Assembly (NCBI RefSeq): GCF_000006765.1
Contig: NC_002516.2
DNA length: 64,000 nt
Reading direction: 5' to 3' (one strand)
DNA from: Pseudomonas aeruginosa PAO1
Lineage (GTDB): Bacteria; Pseudomonadota; Gammaproteobacteria; Pseudomonadales; Pseudomonadaceae
Part shown: positions 8,763-19,315 of the stretch, piece after piece
Position numbering within the stretch: position 1 is the stretch's first letter
Layout: each line of letters starts with the position of its first letter
Notes under the pieces: generated by a model
Seen by the model: only the letters and a program-made list of their open reading frames with translations
Databases searched by the model: none
Told to the model about the DNA's origin: nothing
Position numbers and translations under genes: made by a program

Positions 8763-9884
8763 TCAGCGTGCTATCTGGTAACGGGTGCTACGCCCTCTGC
8801 CGGGCAGTCGCTCGATGCAGCCCTTTTCCAGCAGGTCGCTCAGGTGGCGGGTCGCGGTGGCTTTGGAAACCTTGGCCACAGCTTGGTATTGCGCCGCACT
8901 GATGCCCTCCTCGAACCCCCTTTCGCCGCCATCGAGCAGGCGGTTAAGCACTTTGACTTGCTCCGCCGATAGGGTTTGGCTGCGGTGTGCCTGCCAGAAG
9001 CGCGCCTTGACCAGCACGCGGTCGATACGAGCAAGAGCCTGCTCCAGGCTGTTGAGCAACGTCGCGAGAAACCATTGCAGCCAGTTGGTGATATCCAGCG
9101 TGCTTTTCTGACTTGCTTCGAGAATGCGGTAGTAACCGGCGCGGTCGTCGAGGATGCTCGCAGACATGGCGTAGAAGCGAATGGCTTGCTGCTCACCCTG
9201 AGCCAATGCCAGATCGGTGATAGCGCGGGTGAGGCGACCGTTGCCGTCGTCGAAGGGGTGCAGGGTCACGAACCAGAAATGTGCGATGCCGGCGCGCAGA
9301 AAGGGATCGAGGCTGGCATCGCGGCGGCTGCTCTCGAACCAGGCGAGAAAGTCCGCCAGTTGCGCTTCCAGCCCCGCGCGGGGAGGGGCTTCGAAATGGA
9401 CTGTCGGGCGGTCGATGCGACCGGAAACCACCTGCATGGGCTCTTCGCCACGCAGTGCACCGATGTGTAGCGGTCGAGTCAGCAGTTGCTCATCGGTGGG
9501 GAATAACCAACGGTGCCAGGTGAACAGTCGCTGTTCGTCTAGCGGCTCTTGATGTGCGTGGGTGGCATCGAGCAGCAGTTCCGCCAGGCCTTCGGAGCGA
9601 GAGGTGGTTCGACCTTCTTCGTGCAATCCCAGTCGCCGTGCCAGTGATGAGCGCACCGAACCGACATTCAGTTGCTCTCCCTCAATGGCTGAAGAGGTGA
9701 CGATGTTCTGCAGCATGGCATCCAGGCTGCTCTGCACTTCGGTGTCACTCCCCACGGCACCGAGCATTCCTAACAAACGACCCTGAGCCTGGCTACAGGA
9801 GCGCAGCAGTGGTGCAAGCGCTTCGGCTTGCCAGTTGAACTGCGGCCAGTCGGGCTGCTGCCAGATCCAGAGTGGGTCGTTCAT
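8763..9884 (-). CDS. Fic family protein with DUF4172 N-terminus and C-terminal wHTH (PA0574-like)
   Basis: HPFDDGNGRLTR canonical Fic motif; SSAIEG inhibitory helix; C-terminal SAAQYQAVAKVSKATATRHLSDL HTH. Confidence 0.92.
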   Translation of the reverse strand: MNDPLWIWQQPDWPQFNWQAEALAPLLRSCSQAQGRLLGMLGAVGSDTEVQSSLDAMLQNIVTSSAIEGEQLNVGSVRSSLARRLGLHEEGRTTSRSEGLAELLLDATHAHQEPLDEQRLFTWHRWLFPTDEQLLTRPLHIGALRGEEPMQVVSGRIDRPTVHFEAPPRAGLEAQLADFLAWFESSRRDASLDPFLRAGIAHFWFVTLHPFDDGNGRLTRAITDLALAQGEQQAIRFYAMSASILDDRAGYYRILEASQKSTLDITNWLQWFLATLLNSLEQALARIDRVLVKARFWQAHRSQTLSAEQVKVLNRLLDGGERGFEEGISAAQYQAVAKVSKATATRHLSDLLEKGCIERLPGRGRSTRYQIAR

Positions 9885-9895
9885 AAGGGATATTC

Positions 9896-9960
9896 ATGAG
9901 CCGATTAGAGAGCCTATTCGGCTCATTTTGTGAGCCGATAATGGCAACTATTCGGCTCAC
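9896..9960. promoter_or_regulatory. Two tandem 31-bp palindromes RTGAGCCGA-N13-TCGGCTCAY upstream of fic
   Basis: ATGAGCCGA(9896)...TCGGCTCAT(9926) and GTGAGCCGA(9930)...TCGGCTCAC(9960); 34-bp period. Confidence 0.75.
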
Positions 9961-10142
9961 TGTCTAATTCTCAAGCTGGGTTGATAGCTTGATGAGCATG
10001 CCTGTTCAGGGTGACTGAGTCAGCTAAAGCGCCTGTTTCAGCACGTCAAAAACCTTGTGGACAGAGGTCGGCCGTACCCCTTGGGCATCGATAAAATTTG
10101 ATGCAGGGACATGTAGCTCTCGGGCTACAAAATGGGGGCAGG

Positions 10143-10305
10143 TCACATGCGCTCGGAGCCGCAGTGCTGGATGTACACGCCGCGTACCATCTCGTCTTCG
10201 GTGCGGCGTGCCCAGTCTTCGGCGTCGCGCTTGGTGCGGAAGGTTTTTTCGTTGGTCGGCCAATCCGTTTTGCGGCCCACGGGAAGGGGGGACGACTGTT
10301 GCCAT
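10143..10305 (-). pseudogene. Tyrosine (phage) integrase N-terminal remnant
   Basis: ATG GCA ACA GTC GTC start, then a shifted frame reading RKTDWPTNEKTFRTKRDAEDWARRTEDEMVRGVYIQHCGSERM*, typical of the arm-binding N-terminus of tRNA-targeting Pseudomonas integrases; lies beside the tRNA 3' end. Confidence 0.75.
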
Positions 10306-10405
10306 CAGATAAGGACTCCAAAGGCAAACTGGCTAACCAGTACTGTACCGACTTTGTACCTTTTGGCCATGGAGTCGTTTATGAGGCCACTACCCTAGAA
10401 AGCGC

Positions 10406-10428
10406 AAAGCCGCGCAGTGCGCGGCTTT
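10406..10428 (-). terminator. Hairpin after tRNA
   Basis: AAAGCCGCGC-AGT-GCGCGGCTTT, 5 nt from the tRNA CCA end. Confidence 0.7.
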
Positions 10429-10433
10429 GAAGG

Positions 10434-10510
10434 TGGTGGGCCCACACGGACTCGAACCGTGGACCAAAGGATTATGAGTCCTCTGCTCTAACCGACTGAG
10501 CTATAGGCCC
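10434..10510 (-). tRNA. tRNA with CAT anticodon; identity elements indicate tRNA-Ile2 (lysidine), often annotated tRNA-Met
   Basis: GGGCCTATAGCTCAGTCGGTTAGAGCAGAGGACTCATAATCCTTTGGTCCACGGTTCGAGTCCGTGTGGGCCCACCA, 77 nt with encoded CCA; C4-G69 and C5-G68 pairs. Confidence 0.97.
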
Positions 10511-10525
10511 CCAGAAGGTCGGCGG

Positions 10526-10555
10526 ATTATACCGGCGCTTCTCGGGGAGCGCCAA
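10526..10555 (-). promoter_or_regulatory. Sigma70 promoter of the tRNA
   Basis: TTGGCG(10555-10550)-18 nt-TATAAT(10531-10526) followed by a GC-rich discriminator; the -10 box contains the rmcA stop codon. Confidence 0.65.
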
Positions 10556-13500
10556 TCGGCTGGCGCGGTTTGAGGAATTTGCTGGCGAACAGCTCGGCGG
10601 GCAGCGGCGGACTGAGGACGAAGCCCTGGATCTGCTCGCAGCCTTCGTGGGTGAGGAAGCTCTGCTGACCTTCGGTTTCCACGCCTTCGGCGATCACCGT
10701 GAGCTGCATGCTGCGGCCGAGGGCGATGATGGCGCGGGTGATGGCGGCATCGTGGGGATCGTCGGGAAGGCCGCGGATGAACGACTTGTCGATCTTCAGG
10801 ATGTCCAGCGGCAGGCGCTTGAGGTAGCTGAGCGAGGAGTAGCCGGTGCCGAAGTCGTCGATCGCCAGCTGTACGCCGAGGCGCTTGAGGCCGTGGAGGA
10901 CGGCGAGGGCCTCCTCGGTCTGGTTCATGATGAAGCTCTCGGTGATTTCCAGTTGCAGCCGCGACGGTTCCAGGCCGGACTGCTCCAGCAGTTGCTCGAG
11001 GCGTTCGATCAGTTGCGGCTGGCCGAGCTGGGCGCCGGCGAGGTTGACCGACAGCGGGCCGAACGGCGCGTGCAGCTTTTGCCATTCGCCCATCTGCTGG
11101 CAGGCGTGTTCCAGCACCCAGTCGCCGAGGGGCAGGATCAGGCCGCAATCCTCGGCGAGGGGGATGAAGCGCTCCGGGGAAATTTCCCCGAACAGCGGAT
11201 GGTACCAGCGCACCAGTGCCTCGGCGCCGACCAGCAAGCCGCTCTCCAGGCTCAGCTTGGGTTGGTAGTAGAGCTGCAACTCGTCGCGCTCGAGGGCGCG
11301 GCGCAGTTCGGTTTCCAGCGCCATGCGCTCGGTGGCCAGGTAGGTCAGTTCGCGGGTGTAGTACTCGATGCGGCTGCGGCCCCGCGACTTGGCGCGGTAC
11401 ATGGCGGCGTCGGCGTTCTTCACCAGGGTCGGGGCGTCGTCGCCGTCCTTGGGGAACAGGGCGATGCCGACGCTGGCGCTGACGAAGAATTCATGACCGT
11501 CGGCCTGGAACGGCGCGGTGAAGGCATTCAGCAGCTTGCGCGCGACGTGCTCGGCGTCGCTTTCCTGGTGCAGGCCGGGGAGCAGGATGATGAATTCGTC
11601 GCCCCCCAGGCGGGCCACGGTATCGACGTCGCGCAACTGGTCGCGCAGGCGTTCGGCGATGGCCTTGAGCAGCAGGTCGCCGATGGGATGGCCGAGGCTG
11701 TCGTTGATGTGCTTGAAGCGGTCCAGGTCGATGAACAGCACGGCGCCGGGACGACTCTCTTCGCGGGCCTCGTCGAGGGCGTGATTGAGCCGGCTCTCGA
11801 ACAGCAGGCGATTGGGCAGGCCGGTGAGCGGATCGTGGTGGGCCTGGTAGTCGAGCCGGGCCTGGGCGTATTTGAGGGTGGAGATATCGGCGAAGACGCC
11901 GACGAAGTGGGTGATCTCGCCCTGCGGATTGTGTACCGCGCTGATGGTCAGCCATTCGGGGTACAGCTCGCCGGTCTTGCGTCGGTTCCAGATCTCGCCC
12001 TGCCAGTGCCCGTCGCGCTCCAGCTGGTTCCACATGGCGAGGTAGAAGCTGGAGTCGTGTTGTCCGGAGGAGAGCAGGCTGGGCGAGCGTCCCAGCGCCT
12101 CCTGCTCGCTGTAGCCGGTGATCTCGCTGAAGGCGCGGTTGACCGCGGTGATGCGTTGGCGGGTATCGGTGATCATCACGCCTTCGGCGGTGCTTTCGAA
12201 GACGGTGGCGGCCTGCTGCAGCTTCTCCTGCATGAGCTGGCGCTCGGTGATATCGCGGGCGATGGTCAGCACGCAGTCCTCGCCATCGATGCTGATCCGG
12301 TGGGCGGACATCTCGCACTGGCGGATGCCACCGTTGCGGTCCCGTACAGGGGCGGTGAAGCCCTGGGTCAGGGTGTGGTGGCGTACCAGCGAGATCAGGC
12401 GCTTGCGGTCCTCGGTGTCGACCCACAGGCCGAGTTCGAGCGTGGAGCGGGAGATGACCTCGTCGCGGCGGTAGCCGGTGAGACGGGTGAAGCCTTCGTT
12501 CACGTCGATCAGCGTGCCGTCTTCGAGGCTGCTGATCAGCAGACCGTCGGGGTAGGCATGGAAGGCGTTGGCGAACTTCTCCTCGGAGATCCGCAGCAGT
12601 TCCTGGGTCTCCACCAGGTGGGTGATGTCGCGGATCACCACCACCAGCGCCGGGGTCTGGTCGAGGGCCACGTGCTGGGCGCTGAGCAGCGCGCTGAAGG
12701 TACTGCCATTGCGGCGCCGCAGGGGCACCTCGAGGTTGGTCAGGTTGCCGTGGCCGAGCTTTTCCAGGACCTGCGGGCCCAGGCCGGGGAGTGCCCAGAT
12801 GCCCAGCTCGGTGGCGGTCTTGCCGATGGCGTCGTCGGCGGCGATGCCGATCTGCTGCTCGAAGGTGCTGTTCACCGCGAGGAAGCGGCCGTCGGCGCCG
12901 TTGGCCAGTACCACCATGTCCGGGCAGTGGTGGAACACCGAAGCGAACTTCTGTTCGGACAGGCGCATGGCCTGCTCGGTGAGCTTGGCCTCGGTGATGT
13001 CGATCATCAGACCGCGCAGGAGCAGGTCCCGGCCTTGCGTGATCGGGGTGACCAAATCGCGAATCCAGACTACCCGGCCGTCGGCGGCGAGCATCCGGTA
13101 GTCGAAGCTGTGGTCGCGTCCGGCCTGGCTTTCGCTCATGCAGTAGTGGATGGCGTACTCGGCGTCCATGGGGTGCAGGGTCCGCTGCCAGAAGCCCGGC
13201 TGCAGCCATTCGCCGAGGGGATAGCCGAGCAGGCGTTCGGCGTGGGGCGAGACGTAGGTGAAGCGGTTCTCCTCGAGGCGCATTTCCCAGGCGATGGCAT
13301 TCAGGCTTTCCACCAGTCCCCGGTAGTGCTGTTCGCTGTCGCGCAGTTCGCGCTCCAATTGCCGCCGGCGACTCACCTCGCGGCGCAGGCGGCGGTTCAT
13401 GGCCAGCAGTATGGCGACCGAGACCAGGATCAGCAGGACGATGGGAAGACCGTAGGTCGCCATCTCGCGCCAGGCCGGACGTCGGTCGAGCAGGCCGCCG

Positions 13501-14264
13501 ACCCAGGGGGCCTGGAGTCGCTCGATCTCCCCGGCGCTGAGGTCGGCGAGGACCTTGTCGACGATCCCGGCGAGGATCGGTTGTCCGCGCGGCACGGCCA
13601 TCGCCAGTTGGTAGCGGTATGGCGTCTCGCCGCTGATCTCCAGGCCGTTGAGCTTGAGCTGGCGGAGGTTCCATACGCTGGAGGCGAAGTCGCCGACGAA
13701 GGCGTCGGCCTGGCCGGTGGCCAGCGCCTGCAGGGCTGCCGCTACCGAAGGCAGCGGCAGCAGGGTGAGGTCGGGATGCTGGGCGATCAGCAGTTCGTGA
13801 GGAGCATAGTGGTCGACTACCGCGACCTTGAGCCCGTAGAGCTCGTCGATGCGCTTCGGCATCGGGCCGTTCTTGCGTGCCAGGATGATGATCGGGAAAT
13901 CCAGGTAGGGCCGGGTGAAGCTCAGGTACTCCTGGCGCTCCGGGGTAGCCATGATGCCGGGCAGCAGGTCCAGCCGACCGTCCTTGGCCTGCTCCAGGAC
14001 CTGCGTCCAGGTCTTCGGTTCGACAGGCGTCAGGCTGACGCTTAGGCGTTCCTGTAGCAGGCCGATGTAGCCGGCGGCGAGTCCCTGGTAGCGGCCCTGT
14101 TCGTCGCGGTATTCGAATGGCGGCCAGGAGGTGTCCATGCCCAGGCGGATGCTCGGGTGCTCGGCCAGCCAGGCCCGTTCCTCGGGCGTGAGCGTGAGGG
14201 CGCCGGCCAGCCCCGGCCAGCAGCAGGCCAGACACAGGAGAAGCACGGCCTGCAGACGCTGCAT
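10527..14264 (-). CDS. rmcA: PBP-TM-4xPAS-GGDEF-EAL c-di-GMP enzyme (PA0575)
   Basis: Signal peptide, periplasmic binding domain, PAS repeats, RDVD...GGDEF, EAL and DDFGTGYSSL motifs; 1245 aa. Confidence 0.93.
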   Translation of the reverse strand: MQRLQAVLLLCLACCWPGLAGALTLTPEERAWLAEHPSIRLGMDTSWPPFEYRDEQGRYQGLAAGYIGLLQERLSVSLTPVEPKTWTQVLEQAKDGRLDLLPGIMATPERQEYLSFTRPYLDFPIIILARKNGPMPKRIDELYGLKVAVVDHYAPHELLIAQHPDLTLLPLPSVAAALQALATGQADAFVGDFASSVWNLRQLKLNGLEISGETPYRYQLAMAVPRGQPILAGIVDKVLADLSAGEIERLQAPWVGGLLDRRPAWREMATYGLPIVLLILVSVAILLAMNRRLRREVSRRRQLERELRDSEQHYRGLVESLNAIAWEMRLEENRFTYVSPHAERLLGYPLGEWLQPGFWQRTLHPMDAEYAIHYCMSESQAGRDHSFDYRMLAADGRVVWIRDLVTPITQGRDLLLRGLMIDITEAKLTEQAMRLSEQKFASVFHHCPDMVVLANGADGRFLAVNSTFEQQIGIAADDAIGKTATELGIWALPGLGPQVLEKLGHGNLTNLEVPLRRRNGSTFSALLSAQHVALDQTPALVVVIRDITHLVETQELLRISEEKFANAFHAYPDGLLISSLEDGTLIDVNEGFTRLTGYRRDEVISRSTLELGLWVDTEDRKRLISLVRHHTLTQGFTAPVRDRNGGIRQCEMSAHRISIDGEDCVLTIARDITERQLMQEKLQQAATVFESTAEGVMITDTRQRITAVNRAFSEITGYSEQEALGRSPSLLSSGQHDSSFYLAMWNQLERDGHWQGEIWNRRKTGELYPEWLTISAVHNPQGEITHFVGVFADISTLKYAQARLDYQAHHDPLTGLPNRLLFESRLNHALDEAREESRPGAVLFIDLDRFKHINDSLGHPIGDLLLKAIAERLRDQLRDVDTVARLGGDEFIILLPGLHQESDAEHVARKLLNAFTAPFQADGHEFFVSASVGIALFPKDGDDAPTLVKNADAAMYRAKSRGRSRIEYYTRELTYLATERMALETELRRALERDELQLYYQPKLSLESGLLVGAEALVRWYHPLFGEISPERFIPLAEDCGLILPLGDWVLEHACQQMGEWQKLHAPFGPLSVNLAGAQLGQPQLIERLEQLLEQSGLEPSRLQLEITESFIMNQTEEALAVLHGLKRLGVQLAIDDFGTGYSSLSYLKRLPLDILKIDKSFIRGLPDDPHDAAITRAIIALGRSMQLTVIAEGVETEGQQSFLTHEGCEQIQGFVLSPPLPAELFASKFLKPRQPIGAPREAPV

Positions 14265-14330
14265 GAGGCGGTCTCGCGGTGGACGGGAATATAAGCGGAA
14301 GTGTAGACGCCGGGCGGCGGGGCAAGCGGC

Positions 14331-14364
14331 AAAGAAAAACCCCCGGTTTTTCAGGCCGGGGGTT
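14331..14364 (-). terminator. rpoD intrinsic terminator
   Basis: Minus strand AACCCCCGG-loop-CCGGGGGTT followed by TTTCTTT. Confidence 0.85.
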
Positions 14365-14370
14365 CGTTCG

Positions 14371-16224
<1,854 letters not shown>

Positions 16225-16303
16225 AACACCCTATCCACTGAAGGTCTTGGCGGGCAAAAAATAAGCAGAGGATTATACCTGATGCCTGGGCTGAGGCGCC
16301 AGT

Positions 16304-18298
16304 TCAGCTCTGGGAAGGCGATGAAGCGGCAACACTGTAGTGCTCTCTGAGCAAGGCTTTCTCTTCATCGGTCAGTTCACTGTAGCTCTTCTGCATGACG
16401 CTGCGTAAACGCTCCTCCCGCTCGCCGAAACGCTGGCTCTCGGAGAGTTTAGTAATGGTGTCGAAGAACTGCTTTTCAAGGTTCTCCTGGACGATCAGCC
16501 ACTCCTTCTCGCCCAGGGCCTGCAGCAGGCGGCCCTGGGGCGTGCCGTGCCAGCGCGCGATGAGTTGCATCGAGCTCTGCCGCGGGTTCTTCTGCAGGGC
16601 TTCCAGCAGGGACACCAGCAACTGGGCGTAGGTATCCTGCTCCCTGGCGAGGGTGCCCGCATCGTCGACCTTCAAGGCCAACTGCGGATGATGCAGCAAG
16701 GTGCGCAGGGCGTTGAGGGTGGTGGACTCCACGCTGACCGGCGTTCGTTGCGGAGCCTTGAAGTCGCCGCGGCCGCCTTTGTCCCACTTCTTCTTGCCAT
16801 CCCACTTCTTGCCGTCCCAGGGCTTCTTGTCCTTGTTCCAGCTCTTGCGCGGTTGCGCCTCGACATAGCCTGGCGCAGCGTCGAACGGCGCATGGGAGGG
16901 CTCGTTCTCGTAGTAGGCGCTGGCGGCGAAATAGTCGTCGCCGTCCAAGACGCCGCTCGCTCCGTGGTCCATGGACGACGGCGGCGGGCTGTGGTGCGCC
17001 AGTTGTCCGATGTTTTCGCCGGACAGGCCGGTGATTTCCGACAGACGTTGCCGCATCAGCAGGCGCAGGTTGTTCCCGGGAATCTTCTCCAGCAGCGGCG
17101 CGGCGAGGGTCGCCAGGTGGGCCTTGCCTTCCAGGGTGGCGGGGTCGGCCTCCAGCATCAGTTGTTGGAAGAAGTACTCCGCCAGCGGCTGGGCCTGCTG
17201 GGTGATGCGTGCGCGGAAGGCATCCTCGCCCTCGGCGCGTACCAGGCTGTCCGGGTCCTCGCCCTCGGGGAGGAACAGGAAGCGCACGCGCTTGCCGTCC
17301 TGCAGGTTCGGCAGCACCGACTCCAGGGCGCGCCAGGCCGCCTTGCGCCCGGCCTGGTCGCCGTCGAAACAGAACAGGATGCTCGGCACCAGGCGGAACA
17401 GGCGCTTGATGTGTTCCTCGCTGGTCGCCGTGCCGAGGGTCGCCACCGCGTTGCGGATGCCTTGCTGGGCCAGGGCGATGACATCCATGTAGCCCTCGAC
17501 CACCATGATCTCGTCGAGGTCGCGATTCTTCTGCCGGGCCTCGTAGAGTCCGTAGAGTTCCTGGCCCTTGTGGAAGACCGGAGTCTCCGGGGAGTTCAGG
17601 TACTTCGGCTTGTCGTCGCCGAGCACCCGGCCGCCGAAGGCGATGATCCGCCCGCGGCTGTCGCGGATCGGGAACATCACGCGATCGCGGAAGCGGTCGT
17701 AGCGCTTGCCGGTGTCGCTGTTCTCCACCAGCAGGCCGGCGTCGAGCATGGCCTTGAGTTGCAGGTTGTCGCCACCCAGGTGCTTGAGCAGGTTGTCCCA
17801 GCCGGGCGGGGCGAAACCGAGGCCGAAGTCGCGGGCGATCTCGCCGGTCAGGCCGCGGCCCTTCAGGTAGTTCACCGCGGCTTTGCGCGCCGGGTGGCTT
17901 TTCAGCGCCTGCTTGTAGAACTCGGCGGCGGCGCTGAGCAGCGGGTAGAGCGGCGAGTCGGTCGGCTGGCGCGGCGTGTGCCCGCGTCCGCCGCGTTCCT
18001 CGCGCGGCACGTCCATGCCGGCGCGCTTGGCCAGTTCCTCGACCGCCTGGGGGAACTCCAGCTGGTCGTGGTCCATGACGAAGCCGAGCGCGTTGCCGCC
18101 GGCGCCGCAGCCGAAGCAGTAGTAGAACTGCTTGTCCGGGCTGACGGTGAACGAGGGAGTCTTTTCCTTGTGGAACGGGCAGCAGGCGCTGTAGTTCTTG
18201 CCGGTTTTCTTCAGTTGGATGCGTGAACTCACCACCTCGACGATGTCGGTGCGGTTCAGCAGGTCATCGATGAAGCTTTGCGGTATCAGGCCGGCCAT
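16304..18298 (-). CDS. dnaG: DNA primase
   Basis: CHC2 Zn finger (CPFHKEKTPSF...CFGC), KYLNSPET, TOPRIM VVEGYMDV and FDGD motifs. Confidence 0.99.
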   Translation of the reverse strand: MAGLIPQSFIDDLLNRTDIVEVVSSRIQLKKTGKNYSACCPFHKEKTPSFTVSPDKQFYYCFGCGAGGNALGFVMDHDQLEFPQAVEELAKRAGMDVPREERGGRGHTPRQPTDSPLYPLLSAAAEFYKQALKSHPARKAAVNYLKGRGLTGEIARDFGLGFAPPGWDNLLKHLGGDNLQLKAMLDAGLLVENSDTGKRYDRFRDRVMFPIRDSRGRIIAFGGRVLGDDKPKYLNSPETPVFHKGQELYGLYEARQKNRDLDEIMVVEGYMDVIALAQQGIRNAVATLGTATSEEHIKRLFRLVPSILFCFDGDQAGRKAAWRALESVLPNLQDGKRVRFLFLPEGEDPDSLVRAEGEDAFRARITQQAQPLAEYFFQQLMLEADPATLEGKAHLATLAAPLLEKIPGNNLRLLMRQRLSEITGLSGENIGQLAHHSPPPSSMDHGASGVLDGDDYFAASAYYENEPSHAPFDAAPGYVEAQPRKSWNKDKKPWDGKKWDGKKKWDKGGRGDFKAPQRTPVSVESTTLNALRTLLHHPQLALKVDDAGTLAREQDTYAQLLVSLLEALQKNPRQSSMQLIARWHGTPQGRLLQALGEKEWLIVQENLEKQFFDTITKLSESQRFGEREERLRSVMQKSYSELTDEEKALLREHYSVAASSPSQS

Positions 18299-18380
18299 GG
18301 TGTTCTCGAAAACGACGGCGCGTGGGCGCAGAGCGGCAGCATAGCAATTATCGCCGGGCCGATCAGGCCGGCGCGGTGTT

Positions 18381-18830
18381 TCAGGAGGAGAGGCGCGCCT
18401 TCAGGCGCTGACTGACCTGTGCCATGTCGACGCGACCCTGGACCTGCGGTCGCAGCAGGTTCATCGCCTTGCCCATGTCCTGCGGACCCTGGGCGCCGCT
18501 GTCGACGATGCTGCGCTCGATCAGGGCGTCGATCTCATGGTCGTCCAGGGGCTTGGGCATGAAGTCCTGGAGCACGAGGATCTCGGCGGCCTCGACCTCG
18601 GCGAGGTCCTGGCGGCCGGCGTCGCTGAACTGGCGCTGGGCGTCGCGGCGCTGCTTGATCATCCGGTCTAGGATCAGCAGGGCTCGGGCGTCATCCACCT
18701 CGATGCGTTCGTCGACTTCGACGCGCTTGATGTCCGCGAGGGCCAGGCGCAACGTGGTCAGCCGCGGCTTGTCCTGGGCGCGCATGGCGACCTTGACGGC
18801 GTCGAGGAGGCGGGATTTGATTTCGCTCAT
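18381..18830 (-). CDS. GatB/YqeY domain protein
   Basis: AMRAQDK.RL..LR, KQRRDA..QF..AGR.DLA and KDMGK-like motifs; classic position after rpsU. Confidence 0.9.
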   Translation of the reverse strand: MSEIKSRLLDAVKVAMRAQDKPRLTTLRLALADIKRVEVDERIEVDDARALLILDRMIKQRRDAQRQFSDAGRQDLAEVEAAEILVLQDFMPKPLDDHEIDALIERSIVDSGAQGPQDMGKAMNLLRPQVQGRVDMAQVSQRLKARLSS

Positions 18831-18844
18831 GGCGGAAAGCCGAA

Positions 18845-18864
18845 AGCCCGGCCGAGGCCGGGCT
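18845..18864 (-). terminator. Hairpin after rpsU
   Basis: AGCCCGGCC-GA-GGCCGGGCT, followed on the minus strand by TTCGGCTTTCC. Confidence 0.6.
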
Positions 18865-18899
18865 GAGGCACGATCACTGACGCGTGGGCGTCGAGTGGA

Positions 18900-19115
18900 T
18901 CAGTACAGGCGCTCGCGACGGCGCTGTTCGCGCTGTACTTTCTTCGCGTGGCGCTTCACTGCGGCAGCGGCCTTGCGCTTGCGCTCGGCAGTGGGCTTCT
19001 CGTAGAACTCGCGGCTGCGAACTTCAGCCAGTACACCTGCTTTTTCGCAGGAGCGCTTGAAACGACGCAGGGCTACGTCGAAGGGTTCGTTCTCTTTTAC
19101 TTTGACGGCTGGCAT
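18900..19115 (-). CDS. rpsU: 30S ribosomal protein S21
   Basis: [42 protein letters not shown], 71 aa. Confidence 0.99.
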   Translation of the reverse strand: MPAVKVKENEPFDVALRRFKRSCEKAGVLAEVRSREFYEKPTAERKRKAAAAVKRHAKKVQREQRRRERLY

Positions 19116-19198
19116 CCAGGTCGTACCTTCACTGATTACCGGGGGTTGAACGTACTCCGGCAAGGTGGCGCGGATACGTCGGTTTTCAAGGGTTGCGG

Positions 19199-19227
19199 AT
19201 ATTAACGGTTCGGCCGGAGGAATGCAA
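19199..19227 (-). promoter_or_regulatory. rpsU-dnaG-rpoD sigma70 promoter
   Basis: TTGCAT-17 nt-TAATAT on the minus strand, with GC-rich CCGC downstream. Confidence 0.65.
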
Positions 19228-19315
19228 AGCCTCCGATCGAAAAACACTGGTCTGGCGCAAAGCCGCCGATTATCATGCGCGGCTTCGTATTTGCCAAGCT
19301 CTAAGGCTCAAGCCC

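Noticed and set aside
9896-9960. Possible mini CRISPR array
   Set aside because: Only two units, and the variable part is a 13-nt internal spacer of a palindrome; no cas genes or leader
10647-14045. 1132-aa plus-strand ORF opposite rmcA, and similar long antisense ORFs opposite impA, rpoD, dnaG, ycgB, yeaG, agtS and lptD
   Set aside because: Stop-poor shadow frames caused by high GC3 in the real genes; no motifs or RBS
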